Shown: piece after piece, positions 1-13,071 of the stretch | Layout of the letters: each line of letters starts with the position of its first letter | Position numbering within the stretch: position 1 is the stretch's first letter | NCBI GenBank assembly: GCA_010093995.1 | Contig: ML992512.1 | Coordinates: 124,001 to 188,000, forward strand | Source: Elsinoe ampelina | Lineage: Eukaryota | Reading direction: 5' to 3' | Length of the DNA: 64,000 nucleotides | Notes under the pieces: model-generated | What the model was told of the DNA's origin: nothing | The model's database searches: none | What the model saw: only the letters and a program-made list of their open reading frames with translations | Made by a program: the position numbers and the translations under genes

Positions 1-1029
1 GATGTCGTATTCAATCTGCCGACGTACCCACGTTTGGGTAGCGTGCTGCCAATCTTTGAGCGTACGAGATTTTCGTGCTTGATGTATTAGATCCTGTGCT
101 CGTGGGTGTCCAGCACAAGTCGCGCCCCAACCAGCAAGAACAGCGACCAGACGCCAAGGGACGAGATGTGAGCTTATAAGGGCGACATTCATGAGCACGA
201 ACACCACCAGAAACACTGACGATGAGAGCTGCTCGTCAGAAAAATTGGTGTATGGCGTAATGACAGCGATCGCCGCGTCATGTACGCGGGAGAAATCCTC
301 CATGCTGTTCTGCAGGTCACGCATGTTGCGGAAGAAATCTTTGGACATTTCTGGAGCTGGCCGTACTTTTCGTGCCGGGGCTACTGGTGCAGCTGTATAA
401 GCGTAGGAAGACCATGCCGACTCCATTTCTGTTATGCTGCCAAGATCCGGGCTTGACTGTAATGTGCCTTCTGTAGGGTATGGAGGTGGTGGATGACGAA
501 CAAGAAAAGAGGGTATCATAACAAAGAAGAAGATAAGCGCGAGCGGCATAGCGGGTATGAGTGCAGGCTCGAGGCAGATTAGGGTGTATGCGGCGAGGAA
601 AGAGAGTGTATGCGTCGGGGTCTTCCATGTGAACAGTCTTATGAGCTGATTCTGAAAGACGAAGACAATACCTATCCGTGAGTTGAAGCGGCGAAAGTTG
701 GACGACATCATCGGGAGGGAGAACGAAGGTCGATCAACATATGCTCGTGAACGGCGGTCTTTGACGGATTCCGAGCCATCGTCAGGCGGAATGATCTGTG
801 CCATGAAGCTGTTGAGCAGTCGCTCTTGTATGCTCCCACTTCGCATATCCTCTTTGACATCCTCGAACTTGCTCTTGATCTTGTCGGCTTGACTTTTGAA
901 CGACTCGCGCTTGCTGCGCCGGCCATCTTCGTTTTCGGATGTCGCATCACTATCGTCCTGTAGAGGTATGCGCAGGATCGGTATAGGATCATCGCGGTTC
1001 GCGAAGGTCGTCTCCTCCGTGTCGTCCAT
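1..1029 (-). CDS. Pex24p/Pex28/Pex29-family integral peroxisomal membrane peroxin (5' part; runs off the window)
   Basis: Manual translation from ATG at 1029: MDDTEETTFANRDDPIP...RPSFSLPMMSSNFRRFNSRIGIVFVFQ...PAPEMSKDFFRNMRDLQNSMEDFS. These blocks are recalled as typical of fungal Pex24/29-like peroxins. Absent from the ORF track because its stop lies outside the window. Confidence 0.8.
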   Translation of the reverse strand, partial: MDDTEETTFANRDDPIPILRIPLQDDSDATSENEDGRRSKRESFKSQADKIKSKFEDVKEDMRSGSIQERLLNSFMAQIIPPDDGSESVKDRRSRAYVDRPSFSLPMMSSNFRRFNSRIGIVFVFQNQLIRLFTWKTPTHTLSFLAAYTLICLEPALIPAMPLALIFFFVMIPSFLVRHPPPPYPTEGTLQSSPDLGSITEMESAWSSYAYTAAPVAPARKVRPAPEMSKDFFRNMRDLQNSMEDFSRVHDAAIAVITPYTNFSDEQLSSSVFLVVFVLMNVALISSHLVPWRLVAVLAGWGATCAGHPRAQDLIHQARKSRTLKDWQHATQTWVRRQIEYDI

Positions 1030-1196
1030 GTTGGCTATGGTTGACGAGCTGCTAGCTGATCCGTCCAGGATCGCTTGACAAATCGTCGTTACATCATCAT
1101 GCCTGATATAGACGTAAAAGGATCGTTGTTGGCTTGTTCCTGCAGAGCAAAGGTGGTGGTTGTGGCTGGGGTAGCCTGGCGATAGGATAAAGCGGC

Positions 1197-1455
1197 TGTT
1201 GATTTGTGTGGGGGAGGAAAAAGGATTGATTACTGCCTAAACCACCAAAATGAGGTAGATTGTAACTATATAAATACTTAACCTGGTGTACTAAAAGATA
1301 GCTAAATCAAAAGAACTCCTTAATAGTAACAGATTAAGACAATAATTATCTAATTTGATTATAGATTAGTAAAATAGTAAGATAGTATTTAGTTTAGCCT
1401 TAGGATAAACTAAATTAGGGTCTTCTTAGCGCTCTAGCTTATGCCTCGGTTAATA
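1197..1455 (-). repeat. 3' LTR of copia element A (259 bp)
   Basis: Aligns with 34063-34321, differing by C>T/G>A transitions. Confidence 0.95.
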
Positions 1456-1912
1456 TACCCCTTTACTAAGTAGCTATAACTCTATAATAGCTAGTTAGTG
1501 GACTACTAACTCGAGGGATAGCTATTATAAGAAGGCCTTATACCTCCTAGGTAGTAATAATTTAGTAAATCTATTAGCTAGTATATCTACTAATAGTGTC
1601 TATATAACTAAGATAGGACTAGATAGATCTCTAGCTTAATTAATCTCTTGTTTTAGCTAATAATAATAAATATTAACATAGTAAAGATATATATTTAGCT
1701 TCTTAATTAGAGTAGTAATAAGACTAATAGTTTACTAATTATTATACTAAATACTAATATGTTTAAGGGGATAGATAGATATTAGAGGCTATTAGCCTCC
1801 TCTACTATATAGCTTACTTAATAGTCTCTATAAGAGTAAGTAGCTTAGCTTCTATAGTTAATATTATAACTATTAGTTACTTTATAGCTTTCTAGTTAAT
1901 TAATCCTTAAAA

Positions 1913-2282
1913 NNNNNNNNNNNNNNNNNNNNNNNNNNNNNNNNNNNNNNNNNNNNNNNNNNNNNNNNNNNNNNNNNNNNNNNNNNNNNNNNNNNNNNNN
2001 NNNNNNNNNNNNNNNNNNNNNNNNNNNNNNNNNNNNNNNNNNNNNNNNNNNNNNNNNNNNNNNNNNNNNNNNNNNNNNNNNNNNNNNNNNNNNNNNNNNN
2101 NNNNNNNNNNNNNNNNNNNNNNNNNNNNNNNNNNNNNNNNNNNNNNNNNNNNNNNNNNNNNNNNNNNNNNNNNNNNNNNNNNNNNNNNNNNNNNNNNNNN
2201 NNNNNNNNNNNNNNNNNNNNNNNNNNNNNNNNNNNNNNNNNNNNNNNNNNNNNNNNNNNNNNNNNNNNNNNNNNNNNNNNNN
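1913..2282. other. Assembly gap (N run)
   Basis: Run of N. Confidence 1.
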
Positions 2283-3554
2283 CCTTATAACTTAGATAGC
2301 TAGAAACTAGCTTAGATCTCTAAGTACCTTTATCTTATATTTAGTATAGAGAGCTATAATAATAGTATTAGCTTTCTCCTTGTACTTCTTAAGATATATA
2401 ATAGTAATATTATTTATAAAGAAAAAGATTATTACTTTAGGTATTATTTAGAGGTATAAAGCCTTAGGGGCTTAAGTAAATCTAATACCCTTTAGAGTAG
2501 TAGTAAATTTAGTATACTAGAGAGCTAGGGCTTACTTTAGGCTATATAGTGCCTTATTAAGTAGTAGAATTGTATCTAATAGAGCAATACTAGAATAGTC
2601 CTTTATAAGATTCTCTATAACTAGCTTAAATCTAGTAGGAATAGTATAGTAGGTAGTTTTATTAATAGGACTATTAATATAGATATTAATAATATCTATC
2701 TAGATAGCTTCTATGTCTTTATAAGTAAGTAATACTATAAGTATTCTAAAGATCTTAGCTGCTAGAGTTACTATATAAGTCTTAGATTCTATTAATTAGA
2801 GATTACTCCTTATATAGACTTTTACTTTATACTTTATAATCTCTTCTTTATTATTAACTTTATAAGTAAATACCTATATTAAAGAGATAAGCTTACTAGT
2901 AGCTTAAGCTACTAGTATAATAGTCTATATATGTTTTAAGTATAAAGTAAGTAATTTAACCTTTATAGCTTTCTAAAATTGCTTCTTATAAGAATAAGCC
3001 TTAAGTTCTCTAATATTAGCTAGTAGTAGTAGAAGATTATCTCTTAATTCTAGCTTAAGCTAAATTAGCGATATTAATAGATAAGTATTAAAGGCTTAGT
3101 AATATCTAGGAGCCTTATTAGTTTATATAAAAGTAGTAATATATACTTACCTTCTTAGTTTTCTTATTCTTCTTATTATAAGAATATATTTAGAAAGAAG
3201 ATTAGCTAACCTTATAGCAATTCTTTAAGGGGGTTACTTAGGCTAAGCTTTAACTACCCCTTTAGTCTAAACTTCTATCTAATCTCCTTTAGCTTTATCT
3301 CCTCCTAGTAGTAGAGAAGATAGCTATACTACTATAGATAGTAGTAAGGCTAGAGCATTAAAGAACTATTTATTTAGTAAAGATTCCTAGATCTAAGCTA
3401 GGTTTAGATCTAGAATAGCCTTATCTAATTAGTCTAATAGAGGTAGTAACTAGTCTAGTATAATAGGGTAACCCTTATCTAGCTACTAAGATAGGCTTAG
3501 CCTTTAATCTAGATTGCTCTAACTTAGAGTCTAAAATAGTATCTAGTTTAGTTA

Positions 3555-3686
3555 CTAAACTAGATTCTAAACTAGATTCTAAACTAGATACTAAACTAGA
3601 TGCTAAACTAGATACTAAACTAGATACTAAACTAGATACTAAACTAGATACTAAACTAGATACTAAACTAGATACTAAACTAGATT
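3555..3686. repeat. Tandem repeat, 11 x 12 bp (CTAAACTAGATD), between copia integrase and RT
   Basis: Counted directly; only the last base of each unit varies. Confidence 0.95.
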
Positions 3687-4449
3687 TAGTTTAGTTATTC
3701 CCTCTACTTTATATACCTCTTTAGATTTATTAACCTCCTATAGGAGCCTTAGTAGATTAAGTAATCTAATTAGTTTTAGCTAAGGTTATTCCTCTAGCTT
3801 ATAGAACTAAGTTTTATTAAATCTAATATCTCTTATTCTAATAACCTTCTTAGAAGCTAGTATAAAGATCCTAAAGATATTAGTTAAGTTATAGCTAACT
3901 AGATAGCTAATATAAGTCCTTAGTATAAGCTTGTTACTACTTATAATAAGCTTATCTAAAGTATAAGCTTTATATCTAAGTAGCCTAAGATAAGTAACTA
4001 ATAGAGGGCATTTATAAACTAGCTTAAAAGGAGTCTTCTAGTCTAGCTTCTTAAGAAGTGTTTTATTAATTAGATAGGCTACTAATCTATATAGTTTAGA
4101 GTATAATTCTCTTAGTAGATTAGTAAAGATAGTAATTGCTCTTACTCTTCTTAATAGTATAGCTCCTATCCTTTTATTATAACTATTCTAAGCTTAAGTA
4201 TAGGAAGTAGATAGCTTATAATAGATTTCTTTACTATCTAGAAAGATAGTAAATTTAAGGCTAAAGGCCCTCTTATTATTACTCCTAAGGAATTTAATTT
4301 TAAAGCTAAGATTGCTTTTAATATAAGTAATTATCTTAATATAGATTTTATTAATCTTATATCTATAAGTATAGGTAGTAACTAGTTAATAGTTAGTAGT
4401 TCTATAAGTAAAGTAGCTTATATATCTTACCTTATTATAGCTAGTAAAT

Positions 4450-5274
4450 NNNNNNNNNNNNNNNNNNNNNNNNNNNNNNNNNNNNNNNNNNNNNNNNNNN
4501 NNNNNNNNNNNNNNNNNNNNNNNNNNNNNNNNNNNNNNNNNNNNNNNNNNNNNNNNNNNNNNNNNNNNNNNNNNNNNNNNNNNNNNNNNNNNNNNNNNNN
4601 NNNNNNNNNNNNNNNNNNNNNNNNNNNNNNNNNNNNNNNNNNNNNNNNNNNNNNNNNNNNNNNNNNNNNNNNNNNNNNNNNNNNNNNNNNNNNNNNNNNN
4701 NNNNNNNNNNNNNNNNNNNNNNNNNNNNNNNNNNNNNNNNNNNNNNNNNNNNNNNNNNNNNNNNNNNNNNNNNNNNNNNNNNNNNNNNNNNNNNNNNNNN
4801 NNNNNNNNNNNNNNNNNNNNNNNNNNNNNNNNNNNNNNNNNNNNNNNNNNNNNNNNNNNNNNNNNNNNNNNNNNNNNNNNNNNNNNNNNNNNNNNNNNNN
4901 NNNNNNNNNNNNNNNNNNNNNNNNNNNNNNNNNNNNNNNNNNNNNNNNNNNNNNNNNNNNNNNNNNNNNNNNNNNNNNNNNNNNNNNNNNNNNNNNNNNN
5001 NNNNNNNNNNNNNNNNNNNNNNNNNNNNNNNNNNNNNNNNNNNNNNNNNNNNNNNNNNNNNNNNNNNNNNNNNNNNNNNNNNNNNNNNNNNNNNNNNNNN
5101 NNNNNNNNNNNNNNNNNNNNNNNNNNNNNNNNNNNNNNNNNNNNNNNNNNNNNNNNNNNNNNNNNNNNNNNNNNNNNNNNNNNNNNNNNNNNNNNNNNNN
5201 NNNNNNNNNNNNNNNNNNNNNNNNNNNNNNNNNNNNNNNNNNNNNNNNNNNNNNNNNNNNNNNNNNNNNNNNNN
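4450..5274. other. Assembly gap (N run)
   Basis: Run of N. Confidence 1.
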
Positions 5275-5823
5275 TTCTAATGTTATACTTCCTTAGTAAT
5301 AGAAGCCTTAATTCTCTCTTTAAGAGTCTTATTATTTAGCCTTTATTTAACCTCCTTTATAGTCTACTAGTTTAGTGTCTATTCTTCTAGCCTTAGATAC
5401 TTATTTAAGTAATAGTACTTAATCTACTTATACTAGCCTTAGTACATATATTTAGGCTCTCTAGAGAGACTAGATTTCTTATAAAGAATATCCTTAGTAG
5501 CTATAGAGAAGGCCGTAGCTCCCTTACTAGCCTTTATAGTACTATATAGCTTATAGAGTTTATAAAACTATCTAAACTTAGTAATTAGTTTAAGCATAGT
5601 TAGTAGAGTTAGTAAATCTAGATTAATAAGATATTTATTAGTAAATACTAGTTTAGTTTTTAAGATAGAGAGTAAGAAGTCTCTTTATAGCTTTAAGCCT
5701 TAAGCTTCTAGTAGATTATAGTTCCTAGCCTTATCTATAATCTCTTTCTATTACTAAAGCTAATAGTCTATATTTTATAAGGAAGAACTAGATAGCTACT
5801 TCCTCTAAAGTGCTTTAACCTTA

Positions 5824-6011
5824 TATAAGGGCTTAGTATTAGAGTGGCACTTAGTAGCGGCTAGTCTCGCTTATATAACGTACTTAAATATTCTATATAG
5901 CGCTTATACCCGAGGGCTTAGTAGTAATTAGTTCTACTACTAACGGACTATTTAGTTAGATAGGCGTTCTCTATATTATAATATACGTAGCTTTAATATA
6001 AGGCTTTAATA
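5824..6011 (+). repeat. 5' LTR of gypsy element B (188 bp)
   Basis: Direct repeat of 19348-19535. Confidence 0.95.
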
Positions 6012-6519
6012 GTTCTAATTGCTCCCTTATAGTTATAATCTATTAGACTCTATAAATAACTAGAATTCTATTAGTAAGGCGTCTATACCTTACATAAATA
6101 ATGTTATAGAGACAGACTCTATTAAGTAGACTCCTCTAGAGAAAGAAGAAACTCTCGCGGAGTAGCTACTACACCTATACGCTAAGCGTAAGTGTTTAGA
6201 GCTAGAGCTTAAGGCTTAGAGCCTCGAGGAAGAGATTAAGTAGATATATTATACACGCGATATAGGATATACTTCTACTAGCTTTAGCTATAGCTCGCGT
6301 GCCTCTATAGAGCACGTAGTAAGTAAAGCTAGTACTTAGAGCGTATATAGCTTAGGTGAATTATTTATAAGGCTATCCTTAGAATAACCTTAATTAAGAG
6401 AGCCTTATCTCTATTAGAGTAAGACGCTTAAAGAAGTAAGATCCTTTCTAAAGAATCTCGAGGTTATCTTTACTCTAGCCCCTAAGGCTTATTCTACTAA
6501 TTAGTAGAAGGTGCTATAT

Positions 6520-6982
6520 TGTTACGAACTATCTAAATATAGTCTACACTAGTAGTCTAAGCTAAGCTAAGAACGAGGTAGTTCTACTTCTATAGCAGTA
6601 TAGTACTAAGGTAAGAGTCGAAGAAGGTATATCTTATAGATAATAAAGTACAATTAGATAGTATTATAAAGGCTAGCCTTAGTAATACTAGTATTCGCTA
6701 TCTAAACAAGGTTAACTATAGTACTTTTATAAGGTAAGAACTATTCCTATATACTTATATTCTCTATCGCGTACTCTATGTGCTCTATATACTCCGTAGC
6801 GAAAGCTAGGGGTAGTATAGAGTATATGTCTACTAGTAACCTATACGCTCTATAGTCTCTAGAGTAGAGCTACTAGAGAAGATAGAGAACTAGGTAAACG
6901 TCGGGCTAGGTTACGTAATAACCTTAGTAGTTTAATTAGTCCTAATATCCTTATACTCTAGCTATCCTACTAGTTTGTAACA
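6520..6982 (-). repeat. 3' LTR of gypsy element C (463 bp)
   Basis: Direct repeat of 13072-13534; PPT (rc AAAGGAGGAGAGTAA) lies immediately inside. Confidence 0.95.
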
Positions 6983-7056
6983 TTACTCTCCTCCTTTAAC
7001 CGAGTTGTCCTAATAAGTAAGTATCCCTCCTTGTCCTTATACGCTATATACTAAAT

Positions 7057-7605
7057 ATACCTCCTAGTTGTTAAAGGTATAGTAAATCTAGTACATCTAT
7101 ACGAAAGAATCTCTTAGAGTTTATTAAACTATTCGGAACTAACATACTATAGGCTTGTTCTTGTTATAAATCGAAGGGGCTAGATTATAAGGTCTATATT
7201 CGGTTAAGTATCTATAGCTAGTGTGTCGTAAGTAACTACTTAGGTTATAATATTTAAGTAACAAAATTAGAATAGTAGTGTCTCTAGTCTAAGTATATTC
7301 GTTTACGAAAGGAATTAGTTATAGCTAAGACTACTAGAAAGAAAGCTAAAGAGGCTTATAAAAAGGCAAAAGAGGCTTATTAAAGAGCTATAGGTAATAA
7401 GCTTTACCTACGTAAAGAGATATAGAAATTAGAGAATAAGGTAGAGAAAGTAATCTCTCTAGAGGAGACTTGTATTTAAGTTCTAAAGTAGGAGGAAATA
7501 CTATCGTTAGTAGATCCCGTTCTACTATAGAATTAGTAATTATTTATGCCTAACTCTAACTAGAGTTCTCTATTTAGTAACGATTAAGGTACTTCTATTA
7601 GCTAA
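7057..7605 (+). pseudogene. RIP-degenerate antisense ORF of element C: Zn2Cys6-like cluster plus coiled coil (~182 aa)
   Basis: De-RIPed: MPPSRQRHSKSSTSTRKNLSEFIELFGTDMPQACSRCKSKGLDCKVHIRSGICGQCVVSNHSGCNIQVTKSEWQRLQSEHIRLRKELVAAEAARKKAEEAHKKAEE... Cys1 and Cys5 are intact TGT, the other four are TAT. The stop position is uncertain. Confidence 0.7.
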
Positions 7606-10600
7606 GTAACCTTCCTCGGGCGTTCTTGTTTTTATTTAGTATTAGGAGTACTAAGTCTATCTAGTCAGTTTACTTAGGATAGGTTCTTAATCTAGTAATC
7701 TAGAATTGTTTACGAGGTAAGGTACTTCTCTAGTTCCTATATTGCTTTACTATACTAATATTCCTTCTAGTAAATAAGATAGTAGCGTTTTTCTTTAATA
7801 AGTTTATAACGTAAAACCCTTTCGATCTTATACTATAGCTTCTATGTTTCTTTATCTAGTTCGATAGGTCTAGGTATAGTATTCTATAGTACTTTCTCTA
7901 GTAGTAATATATAAAAGACTAGATAGATCCTTATATATCTTAGTAGTTCTAGTTTATATACGTTCTTGTTTTTCTTTTCTAGGATCTTAAAGGGTTCTAG
8001 TTTAGTATAGTTAAGTTTCTTACTCGGTTGTTTCGTCCTAATATTTTTACTAAGGAGGTAAACTTTCTCCCCCTCCTATAGAATTAGTCCTATAATTCTC
8101 TTCTAGTTAGCAAATTCTGCTATTCTTTATAATATAAATACTATATCGTAGTATAGCTAGTTATATAGTTTCTTAATATTAGCTACTAATATATTAGCAT
8201 CCTTAGATATTAGTTTAATTTCGAGTGTATTATAGTATAGATCCGGGTATATTCTATAGTTTATATAGAATAGTAAAATTCTATTTGCTAACTTTCTATT
8301 ATTAACGGCGAGCTCTACGAGTAGTAGTAGTATTACCTATAAGTCTTACTTATAGTTTAGGTAGCATCGTAGGTACTACTCTAGTACTTAATTTGCCTAT
8401 TTAGTTTGTCTATCCGTTTATAGATAGAAGGAGGTTAATAGCTTATATTTAACTCCTAGTAAGTCTATAAATAACTACTAGAATTATAACGTAAATAGCT
8501 TATCCCTATTAGTTATTAGGTCTCGTAGTACTCTATATTATAAAACAATTATTCGGAGAAAGATAAAGGCTATATCCTCGGTAGTTACTATTGTCTTATA
8601 TAGTACAAAGTAGTAATATTTCGTAAACCTATCTACTAGAACTAGAATACTATTATACTTTATACCTATAAGGGGCTCTTCTAATAGCGGTAGAGGTCCT
8701 ATAAAGTCTATCGTAACTAATTACTATAGTTTGTCTAGTAGTAGCAATAGTTATAGTAGGCTATATAGTTTATATCGAGAGTGTTTAGACTTATAGTATA
8801 TATTACATGTAGTAATATACGTCTTAATATTGTTTCGGAGTTCTTTCTAGAGGTAGTTTCGTATAATAAGTTTAATAGTCTTGTCGATCCTACTATGTCC
8901 TACTATTAGGTTATTATAGTATATTTAAATAACTTCTTTTTTCTGTTCTTACGTAAGCTCCTAGGTAAGGCTATATAACTACTCTACCTTTAGGTACTTA
9001 TAGACTAAAGCGCTATCTTACTACTTTAGTATAGAGGCCTCTATTATTGTTATATTCTTTAAGTAGTCTAGTTGTTAGCTAAGAGCGTCTACTCTGCTGT
9101 TCTCTAATTCCTTAATATAGTAGATCTAGAAATTATAGCTTATAAGTGTTTCTAACTATCGAACCTATTGTCTATTAAGAACCTTAGTTATTATCTAATA
9201 TAGAAGGTTCTTATAGTCGGTATAGACTTATACTAGTAAGGTTGTCCCTTCTAGGTATACTTTCTATTTATAGAACGCTTCTATAATCGTAAGTAATTCC
9301 TTATCGTATATATCGTAGTTAAGTTTAGGTCTAGTTATTTTTCGTAAGTAGTATATAATTAGGTAGTGTTATTCTTCTACGTCCTTCTACGCTAGACACG
9401 CTTCTATTATAAAGTCTAAGGCATCTATTTCTAGTAGTACTTATTAGTCTAGGTTAAAGAGTACTAGGATAGGTACTATTATAAGTCTAAGCTTTAGCTT
9501 CTTAAAGGCCTACCTATAATTTTTATTAAAGATAAAGCTAGTTTTCTTTTTTATAAGGTTAGATATTAGTATAGCTACCTTAGAGAATCCTTTAACAAAT
9601 TTATAGTAGTAGTTAAAGAATTCTAGTAGCGCTTAAACCTCCTTAACTATTATAGGTTCTAGCTAGTCGTTTACTAACTTAATCTTTTTTAAATCGGGTC
9701 CGATACTATTAGTAGATATAATATAGCCTAGAAATTATATCTTATATTTATAAAACTTATACTTAGAGAGCTTTACTAGTAGGTCTTTTTCTTTTAGTTT
9801 CTATAGTACTTTACGAATATGTCTTATATATTTGTTATATATCTTTAAGAAGATAATAATATTATCTAAATATACTAAGATAAAGTCGTTAAGGTATTCT
9901 TATAGAGTGTTATTAATTAACTCTTAGAAGGTTATAGGAGTATTAGTTAACCTAAAGAGTATAACGAGGTACTTATATAGACTCTATTACGTCCTAAAAG
10001 CCGTTTTCTACTCCTCGCTCTTCTTTATTTATACTTAATAATAGACGTCCCTAATATTAATTATAGTAAACTATTTAGCTCTAAGTAGCTAGTCTTAAAG
10101 TTCGTTAATCCTTAGTAGAGGATAGTAATTCTTCCTAGTAAGTACATTAAGTTTCTAGTAATTAATATATATTTATAACGTCCTATCCTTTTTAGGTATA
10201 AAAAGCACTCTATACGTAATAGGTAATTTTAATAGTTATATAAATCCTTTAAGTAAGTACTTATCGATATAGTTCTTAAGGATATTCTCCTTCTATTTCG
10301 ATAGTAGTATAAGACCTTAATAGTATGTTAGGGATTTACTCTCTTTAAAGAGTATTTCGTAATTCTATAGTTTATACTAGAGTAAGGCTATAATGCTTTC
10401 TCTTTCTTTAAATAAGTCCTTAAAGTCTTTATATTCCGGCGGAAGTACTTAATTACTTACGCTAGTAATAGCCCTAACTATTAGTTATACCTATACTATC
10501 CTTATAGTTAGTATCCGTAGAGCTAATTATACTCCCTACATTCTATAATTATACTTAGGAAATTCGAGTGTTTCTTTAATCTAGTCTATGTCTAGATTAT

Positions 10601-12955
10601 ATTATTAAAGCTAGTCTATACTAAGTACTATATTGTACTATATATTAACTATATCGATTAATTGTCTTTCCGTATATATTTCGATTTAGATTATAACGTT
10701 TCGTAGTTTCTAAGTAACTTTCCTATTCTTCCCTATAGAGGTTCTATCCGCTATAGTAAGTAGGTAAGGTAACTCCTTCTAATATTAATAAGGTTTAAGC
10801 TAATTAGCAACTGTTATAGAGACGTAGCTATAGTTAGCTCCTAAATCTATTATTGCTCTTACCTTATTTTCTTATATCTAGACTTCTAGTATAAAGTAAT
10901 TTAATATATAGATCTTTATTATACTAAGGCTTTAGCTAGTGTTATTGTCTTACCTTATTAGGTAACAACTTACTAGTTTTTTGTTATTATAGCTCCTTAG
11001 ATAAGTAGCTAATTCCTTTCTATACGTATCTACTATTAGTACTATATCTATTAGGTAAGTCGTGTCTTATTACTATTTAATATAGTAAGGTAAACTTCTA
11101 GTGCTTATGTTCCTTAGTGACTATAAAGTTCAATAATTCTCTACTAGTTGTACTAAGTAGTATCGTATACCTATATTAGTATAACTATTCCTTCTAGGTA
11201 TAGCTAGGCGTTAGCATCGAAGACGAAAGTAGGTTATATAGATTTATCTTATTATGTCCTATTCTAGTAGTAGGTGTATATTATTATATAATTCCTCTAT
11301 ATCCCTATAAGGTATACTTTAAGTCATCTACCTAGTAGTAGTATATCGTTATTGTCGGATAAGTCCTTATCTATATTATTATACTATAGTTGTTCGGTAT
11401 ATTTCTTATTATATTTCTCTTCGTCGCTACTACCCCTAGTATAGTTATAGTTAGTAAGGCTATACCGAGTATACTCTCGTACTTAGCTATAAGGAATAGT
11501 ACTACCTATCTCGATTACTAAGAAGTCTATAGTATATTTAAGACTAATAGCGTCTTCTCTAAGTATATCGTGTAAGTAGATAGAGTAGTACTATTTATAA
11601 TTTAGATTTATACATTTCTAGAGCGACATATAATATACCTTTCCTTGTAGTTTACTATAAGGGCTAAAGGTAAGGCTACTATATTGTCGTATAGCACTTG
11701 CGTTCTAATACTTTATCTTAATAATTATATATTAGTAATTATCGCTAACTACCTTCTATAGTTAGTTAGTTTTACTACTAATTATAAGGAACCCTTCTAG
11801 GTTAGGTTCCTAGTCTAACTATTTCGTTAGTTGCCTACGCTTAGATAGCTTATATAGAAACTAACTAGATCCCTACTTATCTAATAAGTAAATATAACAA
11901 GAGTTATTATAATATACTATCTATAATAGCGTTGCGTGTTAGCTTTGTCGTTTACTATTAGTTATAGAGATATTAAGTGTAATATCTAGAGAGAATTTTC
12001 TTGCCTCTTAAGTCGTTATAGACTTCTTCTATGTTTCCTTACCTACGCTAAAGGTTGTTAGGTCTTCTATAGTAGTATCGGCCTTTTTTTCTACTAGCCT
12101 AGTAACTATTATATATAATCTATTAGCTAGCGCCTCTTATTAGTAGTCTCTAGCTCGATGCCTAGGTCTTTTATACTTAAAATATAGATTGTCTTATCTA
12201 TACTTCTCTCTCTCTTTTCTACTAAGGAACTTTCCTCTACGACCTTAGCTCTTTACCTATAAGAGGCAACCTTCGTATATAGCGTTAAGTTCTATAGAGT
12301 CTCTATAGTTTCGAGAGAAACACGTATATCTAGTATTTACCTTATATTCTCTATAACATTCTATATGTCGTTTGTAAAGTTAGTTATTAATAGTAATTAT
12401 AGTATCTACTAGTTCTTAGAGGCTATTAGGCAGCTTAGGTATTATTTAGTCTTTAACTAAGTCGTTTAGTCCTTAGTAGAATGCTAAATATTTAGCACTA
12501 TTATCCTAGTCTAAGTGTATTACGAGTTGTTAGAACTAGGAATAGTACTAGGCTATAGACCTACGTTGTTATAGTTATTAGATCTTTGTTATAGTAACAT
12601 ATTCCTTGTTAGATATATTAAAGACTTACTTAATCTTCGCTTAGAAGATACTAAAACTCTTAAAGATAGCTTTCGTATCTAGACTTAGTTATCCGTCTAG
12701 GTAGCTACTTATATAAGGCTTAAACTACCTAAAGGTAGCGCCTTTAAGGTATATCCTAGTATAGAGAACCTTTACTACGTCGTTAGTATATTTGTCTCTC
12801 TCTAGAGTAAAGAAGGCTTTAAGTTAAATAAGAAAGCGCCTTAAGTAGGCACGGTCTCTATAGAAGAGTTCTACCTCTAGCTTAGGCTTACTTTATCCTT
12901 CCCCTATACTAAGAGACTTTCTATATTCGCTCGAGGTTAAACTAGTAGTAGATAT
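7585..12955 (-). pseudogene. RIP-degenerate gag-pol of element C
   Basis: Reverse complement of the D gag-pol. Gag spans 12955-10973 and the slippery heptamer is at 10976-10982. Confidence 0.88.
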
Positions 12956-13071
12956 ATCGTTAATAGTAAGTCTTCTAAGCTTACTAGTAATTAAAGATAC
13001 TAATAGTAACTTAGAGCAAGAGTTACTTATTAACCTCGTAGTGTGCTATACTATAGTAAGGGTAGTTAAAA

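Larger units (their letters stand above)
1500..4449 (-). pseudogene. RIP-degenerate copia pol (integrase, RT, RNase H); approximate bounds, contains an assembly gap
   Basis: For example, the reverse complement near 1830-1905 reads gga tta att aac tag aaa gct ata aag taa cta ata gtt ata ata tta act ata gaa gct aag cta ctt, i.e. GLIDWKATKQPTVTTSTTEAELL after reversing RIP. Confidence 0.85.

Noticed and set aside
191..1078. Five short ORFs listed in the track at the window start
   Set aside because: They are shadows of the peroxin CDS on the minus strand, which the track missed.
3555..3686. CRISPR-like array
   Set aside because: Contiguous 12-bp units without spacers, in a eukaryotic retroelement.
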